Source: Tubiluchus corallicola (Eukaryota; Animalia; Priapulida). From it: a DNA stretch of 64,000 nt. Each line of letters begins with the position of its first letter. Position 1 is the stretch's first letter. Shown here piece after piece: positions 53,730 to 64,000 of this stretch. The notes under the pieces are model-generated. The model was not told the origin of the DNA. It did not search any database and saw only the letters and a list, made by a program, of their open reading frames with translations. The stretch spans positions 434,001 to 498,000 of the forward strand of contig JAQGDQ010000075.1 in NCBI GenBank assembly GCA_030141605.1. The letters run 5' to 3'. A program made the translations under genes and the position numbers.

Positions 53730-56700
53730 AAAGCATTGTACTCACCAAAGCAACAAAGAAAGATATTGTAGTTTAAAATTATTGGAATCCGCATAATAAT
53801 TGGCAATGTGTAAAAATATCAAATTGCAGCTTTTTTAATCGTTTTTAACCATTATTACTGCATTGCTTATTAGCTTATAACGTAAAATGCTCACCTCGCA
53901 TTTTACGTTAATTTTCATCTGGCATTCAAATTGTTTTTCGGAAGGGCTCGTTCTCACTTATCATAGCACCCAGTCCAAGCAGTAGCTATTAACATGTATG
54001 CTAATTATTACTTTGTTCTTTAAATATCCTTGCTTTTACACATACATTATTATTATTTATTTATATTAATAATTGGTTGTATTTAGTGCTATTTTCTTGT
54101 AAACGTTTGGTGCAATTTTAATTGTTTGTATGTTCTGCCCTCTGGATAAATATGCGCATTATAAAAATAAAATTGTTGTTGTCTTTGTCTGTTGAGGATT
54201 TCTGTTTACTAAAATAGTAAATAAGCAAAATAGTGTGTTCTAACAATATAACTCACAAATGTTCAGTGAGCGTTCTGATATGATAAAGTTGACTTACCTG
54301 TTTTTACCCGTAAGGTGGCGACTTCTTTTCAGGTTTCATATATTGTGTCCCAGTTTTTTATACCTGTCATTCAAGTTTCAATGTGATCCAAGCAATGACG
54401 TGTTGACAAAATTTGTGTGCAACACAGGATTTGATGCCAAAGATGTATGTGTATCTTGTGTAATTTTATTTATTTATTTAGCGAAACTTTCTGGCTAATT
54501 TTAGTTATGGTAATCGATATTGTGACAAAAATGGATTAGCTTATTTAAAAGAATTTATATATTTCGTTCCAGATAAAATGTACAATTTGGGAAGTGGCGT
54601 CTCGAAGCATGTCAAGTATGATGTGAAATGACGAAAGGGCATGTGCAGTTAATGCACGAAAATAAAATATTATACCAAGCAGTACTTGACGGCTTTGTTT
54701 GTTTGTCACCATAAAAGCCCATACATTGTCGTTGTTATTATTATTATCGCTTCGAACTAGTTTTTTCAAATTTTTATTCGAATAATTCAAAACTTCAACT
54801 ACATGCGTTCTTTATCATTAAAACGTTCGAAACATCATGCAATCAGTACAATATAGTTGCGATTTTTGCGCACAATTTTTAAACGAATTCATCACGTCTA
54901 TTTTAGACATTGGGCAGGCAGAATCCTAAAATAAAAGAAATCTGCCCTCAAGACAGGTACACACAGGTAAATGCGGAATTAAATCGATAATGTGCTTTTT
55001 CTTTGTGAGACTGTTTTTGGGGATTCGAAAATTTGTTCGAAAATCTTCAAAACTGAATTTCAATTAGATTCGGATTCAAAAGTTACAAATTCGATTCGAA
55101 TTTGCTTTCTGGTAAAGAATACTCGACGTCGTTATTATTGTGAACGTTAGTCTCGTGCGCATGCAGAATGAGTAAAAAGTCATCTGAAATAAATTGTTCT
55201 TCGCTGAAGAGCGGTTCAATATGCAGCCGCGGCGTTCTGCAAATTTTTGATTTTGAGTTTTTGACTAGTTTTGTGTCTTCGAATAACTAGTAAGTGGAAA
55301 CTTCTCGAAATTTTCATAGTGATCACAATAACAAAGCAATGGCAAGAGTTTGACACTTTATTTGGAATTTGGAAGTGTATACAGTAGATACAATAATGGA
55401 GTCAGCAAGCTGTTTCACAGCATTAGGAAGCTTGTGACACGCAGTTAGTACTAGTTTTACGCTGGTATTTAGTCAAGTTGCTGCCCCTAACTAAAAGACT
55501 ATGTGTGGTATAATATTTTATTACAAATTTGGCGACTTTTTGCAATTTTTGTGTTACATACTTTAGTGTTGCTGAACTTGCTGTTTAGCAGCAAGTTACT
55601 GACTTCAGCAACTTGGAATAAAGTATGACACAGCATAGATTAATGAGAATAAATGACCAGTAATAGAATTGATCAATCTTCTGTACATTTGTGGTACAGC
55701 GTGGGTGTACAAAGATTAATTTTCCGACTTCAGTGTACATCGCTTCCACTAAATTGAAAAGATTGATGGAATAGAGCTGGATCGGCTTGGCGCGTCACTG
55801 TTACAATAATATTATTACGTATTTCGTCTGCTGTTTCTAAGCGTAGTTTTCAAGATTACCAAAGTTTAACACCAATCGTTTGCTATTTTTTAGCGACGAA
55901 TCGGCGCATTATTTAGTTAATTCAGCCAACATCAACAGTTATTTTTCCCGTAAATGCAACTAGTGAGGGCGCTCCTCAAAAGAATACTTAGGAAAGTCTG
56001 CCCCAGGCCTTGATTATCCCAGGCAGTGCTTTAATTGGCTGTAACAGCCAGCTCTAGTTCCCTGTCATTGCATGAAGCCAAAACACAGCTTTTGCTAGGT
56101 TTGTGTATGGTAGAAGATGCGTTAAACAGACAGTACCAAGTATTGGTATTTAATTGAAGCAGGCTGTTGTATGTACAGAAACTGAACATCCGGACCTGGC
56201 AAGCCATTAATGTTACTGTGTTTGCCATTCTTTTTGCGTTTAAGTGCAGTGTTCACAATTTTTGTGTCAGCCTTTTGGATATCAATCGTTTACTGGACAA
56301 TTTTTTGTGCAGTGATTACATTGCAGATTCCCGTGACTTACTGTACTACACTAAATCTCGGTTGTGCTCAATTTCACATCTGTATAGAGAAGATATTTTT
56401 AGAGAAAAAAAGCGTTAATGTAAGAGTCGGAGTAATAGTTAGTAATTTTTGTACAATTTTTCCAACTGCATTATTTCTGTCAATATATTTTCTTCTACAT
56501 GGTGATTTTCACTAAAAATTATATTTTAGAGGTACAATTTTCGAAAGCTGTGTTATGCGGAATTCATTCAATAATTGACTTGTGTGAAGGAATCTCAACT
56601 AAATGGAATCTCAATAGAATGTGTGAAGAACCTAACCTGTGTAAACGCAAAAAGGCGGACAGCTGGAAGGTTGTAACTAGTGAACGTTTTTGATTGTGTC

Positions 56701-57547
56701 AAAAACTGTGGTAAGGTCCTACTTTTGTAACAGGAGACACTTCAAGTGGTCATTCAAGTAGTCACTCAAATAAAAAAATTGTGGCACTAGGTCAAAAAAC
56801 GTAGGAAGAGATCCAGCCTAGCGAGAAAATATGAAGCCCCGCCCATTCGGGAAATTTCGTAATTTCGGACGTACATTTCGCGCGGACACACAATTTTCAA
56901 AATGTTATGCGGAGTAGTTATTACTTTGAAATGAGTTTAGCTTTAGCTGAGCAAACAGTTGCCTACTGCACAAACTTTTCACGTAAAGTTACTCAGGTTG
57001 CCCCCATCTTTTTTGAAACAAACTTGTAAAATGTAAACAGTGTCGGACGGAAAATGTAAACAAGTGAAGTTAGTCAAGTTTTTGTGTGAAGTGTACTTGT
57101 TTTCTTGTTAAATGCTATTACAAATAGTAATGGCCAATGCGAGACAATCACTATTGTAGAATATTATAAATGTTGTGGACATTTTTCCTAGATTAGGCGA
57201 AGCAGATACTTTTATTTAGTGTTGGATGTATATTAAGCCAGTTTCGGACGTGCTTGTGCAAGATTTCTTCTTAGAAGTACTATTATTATTCTCATTTAGT
57301 TTGAACTTATTTCCAAAATCTGGCCGAGTTAGTGATAACAAATTAATGCATATTAATTCTACTTACATTCTGAGTGTAATAAGCAAGACAGGTTCTATTT
57401 TAGCAATTTCAATTTATTCATTTTATTTTAAAACTAAGTAGTAACTTCTCAGATGAGAAATTGTTAAAAAGCACTGAACATTCATACTTATACATGTATT
57501 CGTCTTATTCGCACATTTTATAATAATGATTGTATGGCTTGCACATG

Positions 57548-57805
57548 AATGTACAAAAGTTTGGTACAAGAAAGTTTGATACAAGCAAAATTTGATACAA
57601 AGAATTTTTAGCACAAGGAAATTTTGACGCAGATAAATCAGGTAATATGTAGTCTTTAGGTGTAAGAATTTTTTGGTACTAAGAAAATCTGTTGCAGAGA
57701 ATGTTGGTATAAAGAAAATACGGGGTACCAGGAAAGTTTGACACTAAGAAAGTACGGTACTAAGAAGATGAGGAAAATTTTACTTTGTGAAATCGTGGTA
57801 CTGGA
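57548..57805. repeat. Degenerate ~16-bp tandem array (aaatttggtacaag-like)
   Basis: Recurrent ttggtac/ttgatac + aagaaa units. Confidence 0.65.
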
Positions 57806-59713
57806 AAATTAGCCCATAATATCAAAATAAATAGCAGAAATAAACTAAACTTTTCCAGTCACTAGGTCACCCTTATGCGTTCCTCTTTTTTCTTCACACT
57901 TTTTTAAGCAAAATCTGAAATAGTCACTATGCAAATTCTCGAAAAGCTTGGTTAGATTGCTTTTCAGGGAAAGGCAGTGGTGATGGTAGTAATGGTAATG
58001 GTGGTGATTTCTATTCACATGAATTCCTATTTAGTGCAAAATGTTTTTGTTGAAATACTTATATAACATAGTCTTATTTACTAAATCATTTTTTAGTATA
58101 TAAAAAGTTTGTATGTGTGAGAAGCATCTTGACTTCGTATCAATATAAGTACTACATTTGGCATTTACATACTAGTACTTTTTATATTGTATGTTTTTAC
58201 TACATGTATTACGTAGATATACTAAACACAACACAAATATTATTTAACTATAAGACTTATTGTATCTAAAAATTACATAGATAATTATTAAACAAATTTT
58301 AACTGACGGGTTTCATAATTTACGGAATTGCCCATTCCATGACCTTTAGCCCGGGGTGTCGTGCTACATATAATCATAAATACCTTTACTTGGGGAATGT
58401 GCTCTGTGAGTTTCATGACCATAATTTAGTGCGTTTGCAAATTTGAGAAATATTGTACATGCACAAGTGTCAGACCGAGTTAAATAAATGAGATTTGACA
58501 TTCTATGAACTGGAAGTCTGAAAGGGTGTCATTTTTTAATCGAGTTAACCATATGATGATCAGCAGCTAAATTTCACTTAGGCTGAAAAAACAACAACAT
58601 CTAGTTAACGACAACGTCACTCTTGATTTCAGTAGTAACAATATTTCGACCCTGTTCTCTTTTTTCTGGCATGTTGTCTCATTTTTGTGCGTTCATTTAA
58701 AAAAATGTCCAAAAATTCAGTCCTAATCATGTCACATTGAAGTGTGCACGTAATAATCACAGCTCTAGTGTAGCAACTTCGATAAGCATCAGTTTCCTGT
58801 TCTATGCTAGATTCCTTGACTAATTTACGCACCATGTATTTGTTGCGCTTGATTGTGCAGTGCAGAGTAGTTATGATGTGGCAATAGTGCAAGACTAGCG
58901 CAATAACATTTAATTAACGTACCTGCATGACGGGAAAATTGCAATAGGATTTGCTATTTAGTAATAAAACCTTTGTGGCGGGGTTAGGTGTGCCCCCCCC
59001 CCAAGTGCATTGAGTGTTTGACTGAAAATGGAACAGGTGTGCTGAAACCTTGCAGGCAAGTTTAATATTTCGTGTGTGCGTTGAACGCCCGATTTTTTCT
59101 ATTTGTTAAAAAACAGCAGCTGTATGAAAGTTGAATGATTTTCAACTATGTAGTAATATTAGGTTTCGAAAGGGATTTTTAGCGTTCTGAAACCGAAGCC
59201 ACATTGTAGCTGTCATTCTCGGGTTGGATATTCTCAGTCAGATTATTTTGACTAAAGGGTCTTACAATAACAAGCTAGTGCATTAATTTCAGACAGAGGT
59301 GACATTGGAATTCTATCAAATTGACCTATGTGGTCTAGTTATAAGCGTGTTTTTTGGCCCTGGCATTTTAGAATTTCAATTGCACCACATGATAAGACTT
59401 CAAAGAAATGTTTCTTGTTAGTCATGCGGCTGTGTGGGGTTACATTACTGACTTCATTTAGTGGAGTATATTATTACATGTCGGTGCACTTGTAAAAAGC
59501 CAGGTTCACGTTTTCATGAAAAAGTTCCTGCATTTTTGACTTTCTTGCTCCCATACGCAGTTTTGCTTTTGTTTAGCTTGGCTTCATTTTAGCATTATGT
59601 TTAAGTTTTACTTTTGAAATTATCTTGCGTCTTTTAGGTGTCAGAGGACCTTCTCCAAGGAGCTTCCAGAGGAGCCTCCAAGTCCTGCGCCTGGTGAAGA
59701 AGCCTAAGTGGTG

Positions 59714-59792
59714 ATGACATTGGAAGGAAGTTTTTTCGTGTTTCTGGTGATACTTTGCGTCAGCTGTTACTGGCTGCCAGGCGTCGAATGTG
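59714..59792 (+). CDS. Signal-peptide exon of a putative Ig-superfamily gene
   Basis: Acceptor ttttag at 59637; ATG 59714 encodes MTLEGSFFVFLVILCVSCYWLPGVEC; phase-1 donor G|gtattt fits the downstream Ig exon. Confidence 0.65.
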
Positions 59793-60300
59793 GTATTTTA
59801 TTGCCAATGTTATGCTTTTTATTGCTAGGAGCGGAGTTTAATGTTTGCCAACTGACAACCCAAATCCTCTGTGTAATAGCAATCACTTGCGATTCAATTA
59901 ACTTGTCTGAGTGTTAATGCTGAAACTCGTTTTCTGGGCAAATGTTCTAAGCACTCAGAGTTACTAAAATTTGGTTTATTCCCGTAATATTATTTGACGG
60001 TATTAACTTACCAAATACTATATTTTTTAACATACGATAACATTTTAGAGTACTCATATTTACATACTGTTGTTTTAATTTAATTACTAAACTTGAATAT
60101 TCTGAGTGAAATAAGAACAAGCGTAGCTATTGACTAAGTTTAGCTAGTAGCAATGATGATCAAAACAAAACGAACGCATTTTAAACATAATAAGGTGTAG
60201 TTATTCTACCTGAAATGAATAATCTCCTTGTTCTTGAGTACAATAACATTCAAATTGAACGACTTTTTCATCTTCCTAATTTGTTTACAATATTTTTGCA

Positions 60301-60404
60301 CAACTCGTTAAATAGTTAAATACGATTGACTTTGTAAATTAGCTTTTATAATCAACTCGTTAAATAGTTAAATACGATTGACTTTGTAAATTAGCTTTTA
60401 TAAT
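60301..60404. repeat. Exact 52-bp tandem duplication
   Basis: caactcgttaaatag...cttttataat twice. Confidence 0.95.
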
Positions 60405-61731
60405 CAGCGTAGTTATTTTTGTTCTGCTTAAGTTTGATTTACGTTTTGAAGTGCAATATTTAGCATCATAATGCAGGCCAATGATGAAAACTTTCATTTG
60501 ACATAATGCTTACTGACTCTTAATAACTTTATGAAAAAACTGACTATATACCACGCGGGAACACGTTACACTATGAACATTTGTAGTTATAGTTGGGCTT
60601 GGCTTATATGGTGCCATTTAACAAGTCCAGAATACTTCAAATTAAACTTATCAATTATTCTCTTGCTTTCTTCTTGGTACAGATGTCGTCCATCTATGTG
60701 GGTTTTTTATGTTATGCAACCAGTTCCTGGTTTCGAGACTGATGATCATCAAACAGTATAGCGACTGAAGAGTCAAGTAGAGCCTATTTGGATTATAATC
60801 ATTGCTCTTTGCCGAAACTACAACACTGTCATTGAAGTCTGAGAAGTCTAATATAATCACTGCCCTGAATCAGTATTTTGGGAACACATACTTCTCAGTT
60901 CTCCTAGCTAAGCAAGCCTTATTAAGTAGTGGGCACGTTAACGAATTAAACATAATCCGCCGACCACCGACCAGTTTCTTTCAATATTTAGAATTCGATA
61001 TCTTGAAAAAGACGCATAGGCCAGTTGCACCAGAGAAGATAGTGTCCTAAGGCTGACATTGGTTGAAGCCAAATCGCACAAATGATGACAGTCTTAGACA
61101 ATAGGTTTCTCAAACGTTATTATTTAATGAACAGTTTTTAGTTATTAACTGAAATGTAACTTCGCTTTTTTCACGAAGGTTTGTTGTGTTCTGTTATGGC
61201 ATCAGAATTTCTTCCTTATGCTCATAATCAACATTGCTCAAAATCGCTGAATCGCTTTTAATGCTCAAAAATCAATTTTTGGCAAAACAGGTTCAGTTAG
61301 TTTTGGCACAAAATACTTTGTTGCATTTTGGGTCCCTATTGGATCAGCTGTATTATCAGCTTTGTGGAAAATCTCTTTACTAAACTATTGCATTTACGCA
61401 TGTTCTGACAATCTTTGTTGACACTGTCTTAATTAGACATTTTTCTCATGGGAAAGCCCAAAGGTAAGTTAGCACTAAGTACAGTATGCCACTCCTTGAT
61501 CTACTGGCACTATGGACTCTATTATTGCTTGTGAGGAAGTAGGTTTTGCTTGAAACTTGCTTGCTGTGCAAACTGTTTTCTTGTTTTTTTTCATTTATTG
61601 AAGGTATTCCTTTGGTCTATTAACGTTGTTATGTATTAGTGTTCTTCATAGAAATTTTCTTGTGAATTTTTTCATATTTGTGCCTTTTTAATCTTTTCTT
61701 GCAGCTTTTCTTTGTTTCTTTCCTGCACGCT

Positions 61732-62059
61732 TAACGGCGCATTCAGACCAGCGAGTTTTCTCACCAAGGTAACTCGCAAGCATGTTCACACTAGAGAGCA
61801 AAACTTGCTGCAAGTTACTCCCGGACAGTAACTGCGAGCTTACACACCCTTCTCTATTCACTACGAGAAGTGTCGAGAGTAACTCGGCGAGGCATTCACA
61901 TTGGACAGTAACTTGCAGGAAATCAACTCGCAACAACTGTCGGAAAGTTTGCAATAACTTGCCGACAGTAAATTACAAAGCAGTTCACACTTGCGAATTT
62001 GCTGTCAAGAGAGAGAGAGAATTCGCGACCGAAAACACACTAGCCTGAACGCTATCTAA
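61732..62059. mobile_element. PIF/Harbinger-like MITE
   Basis: gcattcagaccagcgagttttc ... gaaaacacactagcctgaacgc imperfect TIR, internal gttcacact and aacttgc repeats, TAA-type flanks. Confidence 0.55.
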
Positions 62060-62897
62060 ATTGTTCCTTTAGTACGCTACAGAATCTAGTTAAAGCCATC
62101 CTAGAAACACAGTATTTCTTGCCAGGCATCCCCTGACTGTTTGTGTGTACTCGACACAATGTTTTACTACTTTCATTTTTGCACGAAACTTATGCGCACT
62201 TGTAAAATTTATTCAACTAAATTCTTAATCTGTTAAAACTCTTAGAAATTTTTATTGTAGTTTTACTCTTTGACTATGCTCTTTTCTAGCTTGAAAATTA
62301 AACAGCTGTGTTGTCGTATGCATTTAAAATCGTCTTGTTGAAGACGCGAAGTTGCAGCAACAAAGTCAAATCGCTGTCTGTCTGGAAAAATGTCGCGTAC
62401 AGGTTTTCCAAGTCTGAAGTTCAAAATAAATTATTTAGTCAAGAATATAACAATTTTTTAACAAACAAAAAAAGCATCTTTCGTATTTTGTATTTCAGTG
62501 TTTATAATGGTGCAGGTACTCTTGTCGATAGCAGTACTCGACGTTGTGGTAACTCGCCACTCAGTGATGGCCCTAATTATGGCCCTAGTTATGGCCCTAA
62601 TTTAAGTGGCTCCCATTATTTTACCGGGTGTATTTCAGTAAGAACTCTATCACAGTACTATAGAAGAGCATGCCTTGCATTCATATGCATTTGAAGAACC
62701 AACCATTTGCCATTTTCAATCAAGATAATCAATGTAACATGCAAAATTTTGCGTACATTCTAGAATAATAGGTGTAATGCATGGTATTATAACTAATATT
62801 ACTAAGTAATGCATTAACAGGCGAGCTTTTGTAAAATTTGGTTTAACAAATTTGCCGTGTAGGTCTATTTAAATATTTTATTTACTCGAATTTCTAG

Positions 62898-62915
62898 GTC
62901 TGGAAATTACGAATG
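62898..62915 (+). CDS. Candidate 18-nt microexon (GLEITN) of the Ig-domain gene
   Basis: tttctag|GTCTGGAAATTACGAATG|gtaagc; phase 1-1, frame-preserving, no stop. Confidence 0.4.
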
Positions 62916-63088
62916 GTAAGCCAAACATTCGAAATCCTATCTGTACATTTTTGTATGTGTGTATATGATTGTAGATTTGTTTAACGCTCGTAACTATCTG
63001 AAACTGCAGTTACTTTTGAGTCACCCTGTATATGCACACTGTACTAATTGTAAATTATAGAATAATGTTTTCTATTTGTCGTTTGTAG

Positions 63089-63340
63089 AATATGTTACCA
63101 TGTCTGTGCCATATGAAGGTGTAACAGCGAACCTTTCTTGCCCTAAAATCGGTAAAGAAGATCCCAAGTGGATGAAATACGTAAATCTTACCCTAGATAT
63201 TGCGATAAATAACAGCACGAAATATTACATAGAATCCAACGAGACAGTCAGCTCTTTGTGGATTAAAAATGTCAGTGTCCATGACTGTGGCTGGTATAAT
63301 TGCCTTAGCAATGAGTTCAACGGAGTTATTACACTGAATA
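63089..63340 (+). CDS. Immunoglobulin-domain exon; the gene continues beyond the window
   Basis: ttgtag|...ANLSC...PKWMK...SSLWIKNVSVHDCGWYNC...|gtaagt; canonical C, W and DxGxYxC; 252 nt, phase 1-1; several N-glycosylation sequons. Confidence 0.85.
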
Positions 63341-64000
63341 GTAAGTGATATAAGGGTAGTGGGTAGCACGTTCAGTTCTAGTTGGAGATATTGCGTGCCA
63401 TTTATGGTAATTAAGATTGCGCCGGCGCTGCTACAGTATTGTCACTGTTTCAAGGGTACTTAAAGCTGCTTTGAATACATATTTGCATTTTCTACATACA
63501 TTCGAACGCCAGTTTTTTAATGTTGACATAGGAAAAAATAAGCCTTTTCGCTGTTCCAGCGATTGATGATGATCGTGAAAAGGTCAGAGGTTAGGTGTAC
63601 CAGATAATGCATTTATGTACACTTGACAACGCCTCGCAGCCCGCACTACTGTAATAGTAACAGTTTAAACAGCTACCTAGAGCCTTACCTAGTTCATAAT
63701 CGCTCTAGGCACAGACTAATGCATTGATTAAGTAAAGTCCACGTAAAACAACTTAAGTTACTGAACTGATGTGGCAGACGGCCTTGCTTTACCCACATGT
63801 CACGTGACGGTTGTAGTTAAGAGGCGTTGCTATGGTACTTTCACCTGCAGCAAGTGCACGTGCGAAACTGTGAAAGGGTTTATTTGTAACTGATGCGAAA
63901 CTAAGTGATGCTTTTACATATAGATTGTATGCTTCTTGGTAGCGTAGTGTAGCGCTTCTGTATAGCGCAGGTAAACCAGTCTGCAACTGAGAAGTTTGCA

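Noticed and set aside
62499-62515. 17-nt microexon in the Ig gene
   Set aside because: AG/GT are present but the length breaks the phase 1-1 frame.

Overview
AT-rich animal (most likely invertebrate) genomic DNA with GT-AG introns; nothing prokaryotic is present. (1) A multi-exon neuroendocrine prohormone convertase PC1/3-like gene lies on + (14 coding exons reconstructed by hand, 9680-38894, 635 codons plus stop, intact D/H/N/S catalytic residues). Its signal-peptide exon was not found and probably lies upstream of the window. (2) A convergent intronless GT77 / nucleotide-diphospho-sugar transferase-like type II membrane protein lies on - (40528-41604). (3) A decayed Ty3/Gypsy element has a 5' LTR, gag, protease and RNase H, but the RT core is deleted in frame and there is no integrase or 3' LTR (44667-~48540). 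(4) An intronless class A GPCR (52749-53729). (5) The 5' part of a signal-peptide + Ig-domain gene, with a candidate 18-nt microexon, runs off the window end. Introns and intergenic DNA are full of MITEs, decayed Tc1/mariner, MULE and LINE fragments, and microsatellites. I see no convincing wholly new biological system. The best leads are motif deviations (GT77 DxD to DNS, PC1 RRGDL to YRGAL, GPCR NPxxY to NVFIY), small exons, and a foldback-type element. All family assignments come from motif recognition without database searches.
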